From NCBI GenBank assembly GCA_046346715.1, contig JAXMHO010000007.1, forward strand, positions 35,517 through 99,516: a DNA stretch of 64,000 bases. The letters are read 5' to 3'. Below, in pieces: positions 9,781 to 18,607 of the stretch (within the stretch, counting starts at the first letter, position 1; each line of letters starts with the position of its first letter). The DNA comes from Verrucomicrobiota bacterium (GTDB lineage Bacteria; Verrucomicrobiota; Verrucomicrobiia; Limisphaerales; CAIQOK01). The notes under the pieces were generated by a model that saw only the letters and a list, made by a program, of their open reading frames with translations, did no database searches and was not told where the DNA came from. The translations under genes and the position numbers were made by a program.

Positions 9781-9987
9781 GGTTTTGTGGGGTTTGGGAT
9801 TGGCCTTACCCTGTCACCAACGGCAGAAGCCGACGGGACGTTGAATCTGACCATGCATGATGAACACGGCTGGACTTCATAGGTTAAGGATTATGCAGGC
9901 ACCATATCAGAGTCGGCTTCCGAAGAAAAGCCAAGTGCTGCATAATAGTTTGAAAAAAACGCACCTCTCCGTCCGCGGGATTACGGA

Positions 9988-11256
9988 TTACTTGGCGGGA
10001 TGGCGTCGCCAGTAATTGGCCAGGACGGATCCGCTGACGTTCATCCACGGGCTGAAAATGGCCGCCGCCAGGCCGATGGTGCCCAGCTTGCCCATCTGGG
10101 CGGCAAGACCGGAGGCCATCGCGCCGTTTTGCAGGCCGACTTCAAACGCCACGGACCGCGCGGAGTTTTTGTCCAGCCCGCTCGCCCGGCTGAGCCAGTA
10201 GCCGAAGACATACCCCAGGGCGTTGTGAATGACCGACGCCAGGAACAGCAGCAGACCGACCTTCAGCAAATTGTCACGCCCCGCCGCCGTGGTGATCGTG
10301 GTGAAGTAAACAATGCCGGCCATCGAAGCCGCAGGCATCCATGAGTCCAGTTTGACAACCACCCGGCTGAGCCGGTGATAAACCACGCCGAAGACAATCG
10401 CCGCGCAGAAGAATCCGAAAATGCCTGCGCACACCAGCCCATCTTCGGACAGGCTTTCCTTCAGCCAGCCCCAGCCGCCGAACGCCACGAATCCCAGCCA
10501 GACCGCGCCCAAGGTTGCGAGCACCTGAACCACCGTCCGCCCCCGCGAACTCGCATGCTTGAGATAATCGTGCAGCAGCGCCGCACCGATCGGCACGATG
10601 ACGATCTTGATGATCTCCATCATCATCCCGAAGTAGGTCATCGTCACTTCCGCGCCGGCAAGCCATTTGACCCAGAACGGCGTGATGAACGGCGCGACCA
10701 CGGTGGTCATCGCCGTCACGGTGACGGACAGCGCGAGGTTGGATTTGGCGATGTAGGCCATGACGTTCGACGCCAGCCCGCTGGAACAGGAACCGATCAG
10801 GATGATTCCCGCCGCGATCTCCGGCTCGAAATGAAAGAGCTTGGTCAGTGCCAGCCCCACGAGCGGCATCACCGTGAAGTGACAGAAAATACCCACGAAC
10901 ACCCCGCGCGGATTCTTCACCACACCCGCGAAATCCTGCAGACTCATCTGCGTGCCCATCCCAAACATCACCGTCTGCACCACCAAAAGCTTGACCCATT
11001 TGTTTTGCAGGTCGAACCCGCCCCACTTGGAAAACCACTGCGGATAAATCATTGCCACGGTCACCGCCGCGATGATCCAGGCGGTGAACTGGTAGTTGCG
11101 GAACTGCTTGGAGAAGCGCAGCGCGATCGCCAGAACCACCGGACCAATCGCTGCCGCCGGTTTCCAAATTTCCGGATGACCGGTCAGCCAGGCGGGCAAA
11201 ATCATGGTGAATATCATCGCCAGCAGGACCAGTTCAAATTTCGCCACGGGAAACAT
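9988..11256 (-). CDS. Bile acid:sodium symporter (BASS/SBF-like) family transporter
   Basis: This is a polytopic membrane protein. The motif FEVGLQNGAMASGLA and the overall pattern are typical of BASS family permeases. Confidence 0.75.
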   Translation of the reverse strand: MFPVAKFELVLLAMIFTMILPAWLTGHPEIWKPAAAIGPVVLAIALRFSKQFRNYQFTAWIIAAVTVAMIYPQWFSKWGGFDLQNKWVKLLVVQTVMFGMGTQMSLQDFAGVVKNPRGVFVGIFCHFTVMPLVGLALTKLFHFEPEIAAGIILIGSCSSGLASNVMAYIAKSNLALSVTVTAMTTVVAPFITPFWVKWLAGAEVTMTYFGMMMEIIKIVIVPIGAALLHDYLKHASSRGRTVVQVLATLGAVWLGFVAFGGWGWLKESLSEDGLVCAGIFGFFCAAIVFGVVYHRLSRVVVKLDSWMPAASMAGIVYFTTITTAAGRDNLLKVGLLLFLASVIHNALGYVFGYWLSRASGLDKNSARSVAFEVGLQNGAMASGLAAQMGKLGTIGLAAAIFSPWMNVSGSVLANYWRRHPAK

Positions 11257-11280
11257 TTTAATCGGGGATTGCCACCGCCC

Positions 11281-11940
11281 TCACAGCACCGTCGCCAAAT
11301 AATCCACGGCTATGCCGGGGCTGGCAAAGATCGGCACACGTTTGTCACCCTGGGCAAGCGAATCCACCACCCGCGCCATCGAAGCCTGCGCCAGCACGAT
11401 GACCTCCACCTGCTGCGAAAGCTCCTTCAGCGCCGCTGCCACCTTGGCGTCATGCGTCGCCCCGTCACCGGCCATCAAGGCTTCAAACGCGCCCTCGACG
11501 AGCTTCGAGGTGAGTTCGATTTTCTTGTTGGCGATGGCCGCGCGGCGTTGGATCAAATCCGCCGTTGGCTCAAGCGTCGTCGAAAGCGTGGCGATGACGC
11601 CGATCCTCTTGCCAGCGGCCACGGCCTTGTCCGCCATCGGTTGGTCCACGCGCAAGACCGGCACGCCCATCAACTTCGCGCCCGCCTCCACGGCCGGCCC
11701 GATGGATGAGCAGGTCACCATGATATAATCCGCGCCCGCCAGTTCGGCGGATTCCAGATAGCCCGCCACGCGTCGGGCAATGGTCGCCGTGAGCGAACCG
11801 GCCTCACGGATGCCACGCACGAGCGAATCATCGGCGATGTTGAACACATTCACGCCCGGCAGCTTTTCCTTGCAGAGCTGGGCAAACACCGGCACCAGCG
11901 TGGCCGAAGTATGGATGAGACCGAGGGTTTTCTTTTTCAT
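11281..11940 (-). CDS. Asp/Glu/hydantoin racemase family protein
   Basis: MKKKTLGLIHTSATLVPVF...VTCSSIGP...IVLAQASM matches the two-Cys/Ser half-site pattern of the Asp/Glu racemase superfamily. ATG 11940 was chosen over the upstream GTG at 11949. Confidence 0.65.
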   Translation of the reverse strand: MKKKTLGLIHTSATLVPVFAQLCKEKLPGVNVFNIADDSLVRGIREAGSLTATIARRVAGYLESAELAGADYIMVTCSSIGPAVEAGAKLMGVPVLRVDQPMADKAVAAGKRIGVIATLSTTLEPTADLIQRRAAIANKKIELTSKLVEGAFEALMAGDGATHDAKVAAALKELSQQVEVIVLAQASMARVVDSLAQGDKRVPIFASPGIAVDYLATVL

Positions 11941-12071
11941 GGTTCGCACCCAAGCTAACGAATGGCAGTGGCGGCGTCCATGCCGGGCTGCGCCAGATTC
12001 AATTATAAAACTGCCATGCGCCGGGCGGTGAAGGATTGCGATGCACTCCGAATTCCCGCTATCGTTTTTCG

Positions 12072-13367
12072 ATGACCCAATCTGCCAGCAACAGTGCCAC
12101 GTCCGTTATTGCCGCCGGTGCCGCCAGCCGCGCCCGTTATGGCACCCTGGCTTTTGCCCTGGTCATCACGGCCGTTTCCTATCTCGACCGCGTCTGCATC
12201 TCGATGACCGGCCCGTTCATGCAGGAGGATCTCGGCCTGAGCGACAAGCAGCTTGGCTACCTCTTCAGCGCCTTTACCTTCGCCTACGCCTTGTTTGAAA
12301 TTCCCGCCGGCTGGCTGGCGGACCGGTTCGGACCAAGGATGATGCTGACCCGGGTCGTGGTGTGGTGGTCGCTGTTGACGGCCGCCACGGGATTCGCCGG
12401 CGGATTTGCCACCCTGTTTGTGGCGCGCCTGCTGTTCGGCATCGGCGAGGCGGGAATGTTTCCCGGACTCTCCCGCGTTTTCTCCCGCTGGCTGCCCGCG
12501 AGCTGGCGGGGCAACGCCTTTGGCCTCGCCATCATGACCGGATTGATCGGCGGCGCGCTCACCCAGAAGCTGACCGCCGAACTGCTCGGCACGTTTCACT
12601 GGCATTGGCGGACGGTCTTTTTCGTTTACGCCTCCACGGGCATTGTCTGGGCGGCCGGATGGTTCATCTGGTTTCGCGACGAACCCAACCAGCACCGCTC
12701 CGTCAATGAAGCCGAATTGAAGCTGATCAACGCCGCGCCGATTCCGCCCCACGCCCGCGTTCCCTGGCGGAATCTTGTGCGCAACCGTTCCCTGCTCCTG
12801 CTCTGCGGCATGTATTTCGGCGTCATCTACGGCTGGTATTTCTTCCTGACGTTTATGCCCAAGTATCTGCTTCAGGCGCGCGGCTTCGATCTCAAAACCA
12901 CCGGCTGGCTGGCCATGCTTCCGTTGCTGTGCATGGCCGCCGGCGTCGCCACCGCCGGCTGGGCCAGCGACCGCTGCATCAAACGCTTCGGGCTGCGCTG
13001 GGGTCGCCGGCTCCCGGGTTTGTGCGGACTGCCCATCGCCGCCATCGTCATCGTGGTGGCGGTGTTGATTCAGGATGCCAAAGCTTCGGCGTGTTTGTTC
13101 GCAATCGCGGCGGGGCTCGCGACGTTAGGTGTGGCACCAGGCTGGGCGGCCTGTCTCGACATCGGCGGTGCCCATGCGGGTGTCGTGACCGGCGCGATGA
13201 ACACCTTCGGCAATCTCGGCGGCACGGCGATGCCGCTGCTGATGGGCTTGTGTCTTGAACACTTGAATTCTTGGAACGTCTCCCTGCTGACGGTCGGATT
13301 TTTCTATTTGTTCTCCGCCATCTGCTGGCTGGGCATCCGAGCGGACGAACCGATTCCGGAAACCTGA
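12072..13367 (+). CDS. MFS transporter, anion:cation symporter (ACS; hexuronate/galactonate-type) family
   Basis: A 12-TM pattern is present, with LDRVCISMTGPFMQEDLGLSDKQLGYLFSAFTFAYALFEIPAGWLADRFGPR typical of ACS-family MFS. The start was trimmed to ATG 12072. Confidence 0.8.
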   Translation: MTQSASNSATSVIAAGAASRARYGTLAFALVITAVSYLDRVCISMTGPFMQEDLGLSDKQLGYLFSAFTFAYALFEIPAGWLADRFGPRMMLTRVVVWWSLLTAATGFAGGFATLFVARLLFGIGEAGMFPGLSRVFSRWLPASWRGNAFGLAIMTGLIGGALTQKLTAELLGTFHWHWRTVFFVYASTGIVWAAGWFIWFRDEPNQHRSVNEAELKLINAAPIPPHARVPWRNLVRNRSLLLLCGMYFGVIYGWYFFLTFMPKYLLQARGFDLKTTGWLAMLPLLCMAAGVATAGWASDRCIKRFGLRWGRRLPGLCGLPIAAIVIVVAVLIQDAKASACLFAIAAGLATLGVAPGWAACLDIGGAHAGVVTGAMNTFGNLGGTAMPLLMGLCLEHLNSWNVSLLTVGFFYLFSAICWLGIRADEPIPET

Positions 13368-13374
13368 ACGGCGT

Positions 13375-14742
13375 TCAGCGCGATCCCCGCCGCACGATTT
13401 CAAAATAATTCTCCGGCCCAACCTGGCCGCCCTTGAATACCACCTCACAGCCGTCCACCGGCGAGTTCGTTGCCCGCGCCCGGCACAACGGCGCGCCCGG
13501 CGTGAGCGGGGCAATCATCTCCAGCGCCTCTATTCCCATGGCCCGCGCGGCGTAACTGGACGTGTCCCCCCCGGCGATGCTGACGCGGCGGACGGAAGTT
13601 TGTTTCACCGCCTCGTGCAAAACTTTCCCCAGCGCCGAACCGAGAACTTCCGCGGTGCGCCCTTTCAATTTGGCAGCAATGCGCGGATTTGATCCCGACC
13701 TGGTGGAATGCACGATGACGCTGCGGTCAGCGAGCAACAGCTTGGCGGCTGCCTGAGCAGCGCGGGATATTTCTTGAAGGGATGTCTTGGCATCGGCCAG
13801 CAACAAAGCATTCAAGGCCACTTCCGCAAATCCATGCTTCAAAGCCCAGGTAATCTGCCCATTCGTCACTGGCGAGCAACTACCTGAGCCGATCAGAACT
13901 TGTGTAGCAGCGGACGTGAGTCCGCTGATCTTACCTCTGCTGGTTTCAGTTTGAGCCGACCCACGTCGGCTGTTGCCCGCGCTAAAAGCCGCCGCCAACG
14001 CAGCCTCAATTCCCGACGATCCCACCGAGAACAAAGGACTTTTCTTCGCCGCAGAGTCTTTCAGCAGTTCACCAATCCGCGCAATGTGCTCCGCCGTCAG
14101 CGCATCAAATAGCACCACGTCAGGCTTCTCGGCGAGTAATTGCCGGAATGCCACATGGAATTCTTTTTCCGGCAGCGAGAATTTCAGGATGTCGAACAGG
14201 GCGCTCCTTTTCTGGGTCTGCTTCGAGAGATGCAGCCGCAAGTCCGCCTCGGTCATCGGCGTGACCGGGTGTTTGCTGATGGAGGGATGGCGGTCAAGCC
14301 GGTGGATAGCGCCGGCGCTGCCGATACCGTAGCGCGCGAAGTGTTGGCCGAAGATCGTGTAGCGTCCGAGCGAAGGCGCGGCGACCAGCAACGGAATGAA
14401 CGGCGCAGGAAAAATTTTCGCCGCCACATCCATAACCTTGCCGATACTGCCGACGTGCGGCGCAGAATCGAACGTGGAACAAACTTTGTAGTGAACGTGC
14501 CGCGGCTTCAACTTCTTCAGCGCGAGCATGGCGGGCTTCAGTTCCTGTTCCATCGCCGCGGGAGCGAGCGACCGGGTCTTGCCCGCAACGCCCACGGCCT
14601 GCAGCCCGGGAAACTTCTTCAGTTGCGCTGGCGTGGGCGGCGCGATGAACAGCGCCGTGCGGATGCCCGCCAGCGACAGTTGCTCCAGCGCATCCGTCGA
14701 ACCGGTGAAGTCGTCGCCGTAAAATGTGAGGAGGAGGTTCAT
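13375..14742 (-). CDS. Four-carbon acid-sugar kinase family protein (DUF1537), copy 2
   Basis: It has MNLLLTFYGDDFTGSTDALEQL (the DDxTG motif) and a C-terminal SIAGGDTSSYAARAMG motif. ORF-track ORF 13375..14937 was trimmed to ATG 14742 because the upstream extension reads through a repeat element. Confidence 0.8.
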   Translation of the reverse strand: MNLLLTFYGDDFTGSTDALEQLSLAGIRTALFIAPPTPAQLKKFPGLQAVGVAGKTRSLAPAAMEQELKPAMLALKKLKPRHVHYKVCSTFDSAPHVGSIGKVMDVAAKIFPAPFIPLLVAAPSLGRYTIFGQHFARYGIGSAGAIHRLDRHPSISKHPVTPMTEADLRLHLSKQTQKRSALFDILKFSLPEKEFHVAFRQLLAEKPDVVLFDALTAEHIARIGELLKDSAAKKSPLFSVGSSGIEAALAAAFSAGNSRRGSAQTETSRGKISGLTSAATQVLIGSGSCSPVTNGQITWALKHGFAEVALNALLLADAKTSLQEISRAAQAAAKLLLADRSVIVHSTRSGSNPRIAAKLKGRTAEVLGSALGKVLHEAVKQTSVRRVSIAGGDTSSYAARAMGIEALEMIAPLTPGAPLCRARATNSPVDGCEVVFKGGQVGPENYFEIVRRGSR

Positions 14743-14755
14743 GCAGCGAAAATTA

Positions 14756-14879
14756 AACCACAGAGACGCAGAGACACGGAGAGAGGAATGAAAAGACGTT
14801 GGCACAAAGATAGCCAGTGGATTGCAGCGAACGGCAAACTCTGATCGGCATGCCTCTGTGTCTCTGCGTCTCTGTGGTT
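14756..14879. repeat. Inverted-repeat element (22-bp perfect arms, 80-nt spacer) of the aaccRcagagaMcgcagag repeat family, 'empty' copy
   Basis: aaccacagagacgcagagacac at 14756-14777 is the exact reverse complement of 14858-14879. The element is flanked by ttaa(a) on both outer sides. Confidence 0.85.
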
Positions 14880-15295
14880 CATTTAAATACGCCTCCAAGC
14901 ACGACGCGTTCAATTCCATCTTTGAGCAAAGGCACATTAAAATTTATCAGCAGACCTAGTAGGTTTTGGTTTAGTTTGAGGTAGGTCAACAGCTGAGCCT
15001 TGTGCACCGGCAGGATTTCTTGAACGGCCTTAAGTTCAACGATCAGTTCGTTGGCGATGATGAAATCTAGGCGATAACCGCAGTCCAGCTTCACGCCCTT
15101 GTAATCGAGCGGAAGATCAACCTGCTTTTGAAATGGAATTCCAGCCCGAGAAAGTTCATGAGCCAACGCCGCCTCATAAGCTGATTCCAATAATCCCGGT
15201 CCAAGCACACGATGCACCTCGATACAAAGACCAATGACACGCTTACTTAACTCATTCAGCGTCTTTCTTTGTGCCTCTGCGTCTCTGTGGTTCAT
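14879..15295 (-). CDS. GxxExxY protein (PD-(D/E)XK nuclease-like small protein)
   Basis: IEVHRVLGPGLLESAYEAALAHEL contains the GxxExxY motif, and LDFIIANELIVELKAV has a nuclease-like core. The region is visibly more AT-rich than its neighbours. The N-terminus MNHRDAEAQRK is encoded by the repeat. Confidence 0.8.
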   Translation of the reverse strand: MNHRDAEAQRKTLNELSKRVIGLCIEVHRVLGPGLLESAYEAALAHELSRAGIPFQKQVDLPLDYKGVKLDCGYRLDFIIANELIVELKAVQEILPVHKAQLLTYLKLNQNLLGLLINFNVPLLKDGIERVVLGGVFK

Positions 15296-15298
15296 TTA
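15273..15298. repeat. Additional copy of the repeat family (direct repeat of 14860-14885)
   Basis: ctctgcgtctctgtggttcattta occurs at both 15275-15298 and 14862-14885. It contains the overlapping stop (TGA) of the upstream gene and the ATG of the downstream reading frame. Confidence 0.8.
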
Positions 15299-16554
15299 GC
15301 TTTCCCGAACTTCTCCACAGACTTTTTCAACTCCGGATATTTCGCTGCGGCCTGTTCGAGCGTGAGTCCTTCGACCGCCGCTTCCCACCACTTTTGCAGC
15401 GAGCGCACACCGGCTGCCGGGCCATCGGGATGCGCCGCAATGCCGCCGCCCGCCATGTAGAGCAGATCAACCGTCTGGGTGCGGCGATACGTTTCGCACG
15501 CCTGTCCGCCCCATTGACCGGAGGAAACAACAGGCAAGACGGACATACCACCGAGCAACGGCTTCGCACAGGCAGCCATTGACCGCACGACCGAATCATC
15601 GCTCTCCCAAAATTTGTTCGCGATTCCGTTGACGTGGAGTTGGTCCGCGCCCGCCAACCGCCAGAGGACTTGATACGCGGGAAATTCAATGCCGAGCTGC
15701 GGATGACGATTCAACATCCCCCAGCCGTTGCGATGGCCGTGAATGGCAAGTGCACCGATGTCGCAAATCTTTTTCGCACCGCTCAAGCCGACGCTGTTGA
15801 GCGAAATCATCGCGCACGTGCCGCCGGACTTCACGATCTTCTCGTAATGCCGTTGCATCGCGTCGAGTTCGTCACTGACATTGAAGGCATACATTACCTT
15901 TTTGCCGGTGCGATCGGCGTGAGCATTGATGACGCGCATGATGGCATCGACGCGTTCATCGAACGGCGAGTGCGGCGGGTCCGCCATCAACTCGTCGTCT
16001 TTCACGAAATCAATTCCCGCCTCACAGAGAACTTTCACCATTTCCGCCGTCTGCTGCGGCGACATGCCGATACTCGGCTTGATGATCGTGCCGATGAACG
16101 GACGGCCTTCGACCTTGGTCAGCTTCCGGCAACCCGCGACGCCGAACTTCGGTCCGCGAAAATGCTGGGCGAACGACGGTGGCAGTTCGAGGTTCATCAG
16201 CTTGAGGCCGGTGAACGCGGTGATTTCGTAGAGATTGCCTTGGATGGTGGAAACGAGCGTGGGCAGGTTATAACCCATGTTCTCGATCGACCACGAGACG
16301 ACGACTTCTGCGCGTTGAAATTTTCCCGAGGCCGATCTCGCACCCGGCAAGCTCGGCGTAGCGACGGTTTCCAGCAGCGTGATCTTCTCCACGCGCGCAG
16401 CAAAGCGTTGCTTGAGTTCTTCGGTTTCTCCCGGGACAGCCACAAAGGTTCCGGAAGATTGTTCACCCGCCAGCGTGGCGGCGGCTTTCTCCACCGCGAG
16501 CGGCGTCTCGATATGATACGTGGCGAAAATGCGTTCCATGACTGATAAATTCAT
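15292..16554 (-). CDS. RuBisCO-like protein (form IV RLP)
   Basis: GTIIKPSIGMS, DFVKDDELMADPPHSPF (the KDDE metal/carbamate site) and IHGHRNGWG correspond to RuBisCO large-subunit active-site segments. ATG 16554 was chosen; alternatives are TTG 16581 and ATG 16539. Confidence 0.85.
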   Translation of the reverse strand: MNLSVMERIFATYHIETPLAVEKAAATLAGEQSSGTFVAVPGETEELKQRFAARVEKITLLETVATPSLPGARSASGKFQRAEVVVSWSIENMGYNLPTLVSTIQGNLYEITAFTGLKLMNLELPPSFAQHFRGPKFGVAGCRKLTKVEGRPFIGTIIKPSIGMSPQQTAEMVKVLCEAGIDFVKDDELMADPPHSPFDERVDAIMRVINAHADRTGKKVMYAFNVSDELDAMQRHYEKIVKSGGTCAMISLNSVGLSGAKKICDIGALAIHGHRNGWGMLNRHPQLGIEFPAYQVLWRLAGADQLHVNGIANKFWESDDSVVRSMAACAKPLLGGMSVLPVVSSGQWGGQACETYRRTQTVDLLYMAGGGIAAHPDGPAAGVRSLQKWWEAAVEGLTLEQAAAKYPELKKSVEKFGKAK

Positions 16555-16722
16555 TGTGGGGATTTCTTTTAGCGAATCCAAGCCCCTTGATTCATGGAAT
16601 TATCGCCGAAAGTGTTTTGAAAAGCGCCACCGCCTTCATTGGACTTTCCTGTCGCGCTTGCCGTGCTATTGTCACCCTCATCACCGCGGGCCAACGATGG
16701 TCGCGCCGTGGCCGAATCAATT

Positions 16723-17817
16723 ATGCGCTTAACCATCGCCCTGTTTGCCTTGACCGTCATCCTCGCCGGATGCGCCACCGCCCCCCATCACTCCCACACT
16801 CCGCCATCGGCCCTGGTGAAATCGGAATTCATTTACGAGACCGCGCCATTTCCCTCGTGTCACGCGTCCACGCTGGCCGAAACAAAATCCGGGCTGGTCG
16901 CGGCCTGGTTTGGCGGCACGGCCGAACGCAATCCCGACGTCTGCATTTATGTTTCGCTGTTGGTGAACGGCGCGTGGACCTCGCCGGTGTCGGTGGCGGA
17001 CGGCGTGGGATTTACCACCAACCGGCAGCCCACCTGGAATCCGGTGTTGTTCCAGCCGCGCCAGGGACCGTTGATGCTTTTCTACAAGGTGGGTCCGTCG
17101 CCCAAGGATTGGTGGGGCATGATGATTCAGTCCGAGGATGACGGCAAAACCTGGTCGGCGCCCGTTCGTTTGCCGGATGGCATTCTTGGTCCGATCAAAA
17201 ACAAGCCGGTGCAGCTCGCCAACGGCGACATTCTTTCCCCCACCAGCGTCGAGGGTTCGGGCGGATGGCAGGTGCACTTCGAGCGCAGCAGTGATTTGGG
17301 AAAGACCTGGACAGCCACGCCGCCGGTGAACGACGGCAAAGTGATCGGCGCAATCCAGCCCAGCCTGTTGCTCCACGGACAAAACCGTCTGCAGGCCGTG
17401 GGCCGGACGAAGAACGACAAGGTCTTTGAAGTCTGGTCCGAGGACGCCGGCAAGACCTGGGGACCGATGACGCTGCTGGATTTGCCCAACCCGAATTCCG
17501 GCACGGACGCCGTGACGCTTCGCGATGGCCGGCAGCTGCTGGTTTACAATCACAACACCCGTGACGGTGCCGGTCACAAGGGCCGCAATCCCGTCAACGT
17601 CGCCCTGTCAGAGGACGGCAAACACTGGCAGGCCGCGCTGGTGTTGGAAGATGATCCGTCCGCGCCCAACGGGTTTGCCTACCCCGCCGTCATTCAAACC
17701 GCCGACGGCCTCGTCCACATCACCTACACGTGGGAACGCAAAAAAATCAGGCACGTCGTGATTAATCCCGCGAAGCTCGACTTGAAGCCGATCGTCAATG
17801 GTGTCTGGCCAAAGTAA
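16723..17817 (+). CDS. Sialidase-like BNR/Asp-box beta-propeller glycosidase (lipoprotein)
   Basis: A lipoprotein signal is present (MRLTIALFALTVILAGC). There are four Asp-boxes: SEDDGKTW, SSDLGKTW, SEDAGKTW and SEDGKHW. Confidence 0.75.
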   Translation: MRLTIALFALTVILAGCATAPHHSHTPPSALVKSEFIYETAPFPSCHASTLAETKSGLVAAWFGGTAERNPDVCIYVSLLVNGAWTSPVSVADGVGFTTNRQPTWNPVLFQPRQGPLMLFYKVGPSPKDWWGMMIQSEDDGKTWSAPVRLPDGILGPIKNKPVQLANGDILSPTSVEGSGGWQVHFERSSDLGKTWTATPPVNDGKVIGAIQPSLLLHGQNRLQAVGRTKNDKVFEVWSEDAGKTWGPMTLLDLPNPNSGTDAVTLRDGRQLLVYNHNTRDGAGHKGRNPVNVALSEDGKHWQAALVLEDDPSAPNGFAYPAVIQTADGLVHITYTWERKKIRHVVINPAKLDLKPIVNGVWPK

Positions 17818-17833
17818 GGCCGGGAACCACAAC

Positions 17834-18607
17834 TCAAAACGCCTCGGCTGCGCCGCCGTCCACCGGCATCACCACGCCGCTGACGTATTTGGCCGCCGGC
17901 GACGCGAGATAAACCGCCGCCCAGCCGATGTCGTCGGGTTCACCGAACCCGCCCATCGGAATGCGCGCCATGATCTTCGCCTTGCGCGCCGGATCGCCAC
18001 TGAGAGCTTTGTCGAGCATGTCGGAGGCAATCCAGCCCGGAGCAATCGCGTTCACCCGCACACCCTGCGCGCCCCACTCGGTCGAGAGCGTGCGCACGAT
18101 GCCGACATAGGCGGACTTCGCGGCGGAATACGCCACGACGAGCGGCATGCCCATGAAGGAAACCATCGACGCCGTGAACAGGATGCAGCCGGAGCGGCGC
18201 GCCACCATGCGTTTGCCCGCCTCGCGTGTGAGGGCAAACGCGCCGAACACATGGGTCTCGATGACTTTGGCAAACTCCGCGTCGGAAGTTTCCGTCGCGG
18301 GCTTTTTCAAATGCACCCCGGCGTTGTTGACCAGAATGGAAATGGGACCGGCCAGCTTCTCCGCCTCTTCCAGCAATCCAGGGACAGAATCCAGCTTCGT
18401 CACGTCGCCCGCCAGCGCGAATGCCTGCGGGCCGAGCGCGACGCAGGCCTTGGTCAATTCCTCGCGACGACGTCCCACGAGAACAACCTTTGCGCCCGAG
18501 GCCACAAAACACTTGGCCATGCCAAAGCCCAGACCGGTGCCGCCGCCGGTGATCAGGGCGGTCTGCCCGGTGAGATTAAACGGTGAAGCAGTTCCAGAAG
18601 TTTTCAT
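17834..18607 (-). CDS. SDR family oxidoreductase (KduD/gluconate-5-dehydrogenase-like)
   Basis: It has TGGGTGLG (TGxxxGxG) and YSAAKSA (YxxxK). ATG 18607 overlaps the upstream stop (ATGA). Confidence 0.8.
   Translation of the reverse strand: MKTSGTASPFNLTGQTALITGGGTGLGFGMAKCFVASGAKVVLVGRRREELTKACVALGPQAFALAGDVTKLDSVPGLLEEAEKLAGPISILVNNAGVHLKKPATETSDAEFAKVIETHVFGAFALTREAGKRMVARRSGCILFTASMVSFMGMPLVVAYSAAKSAYVGIVRTLSTEWGAQGVRVNAIAPGWIASDMLDKALSGDPARKAKIMARIPMGGFGEPDDIGWAAVYLASPAAKYVSGVVMPVDGGAAEAF

Noticed and set aside
9781-9987. Possible small RNA or terminator in the 200-nt gap between the BASS transporter stop and the giant repeat-protein start (weak hairpin ggctt-ccgaagaa-aagcc near 9914-9931 and a T7 run on the minus strand).
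   Set aside because: The stem is only 5 bp with an 8-nt loop, and the T-run is not adjacent to it. The evidence is insufficient to call a feature.
14743-14937. 5' extension of the DUF1537 kinase ORF (13375..14937) and the long N-terminal extensions of ORFs 44151..45452, 54471..57725, 59098..60183 and 18604..19941.
   Set aside because: The extensions read through repeat elements or the 3' ends of upstream genes in another frame. The conserved family N-termini or signal peptides start at internal ATGs that give 4-nt overlaps with the upstream stops.
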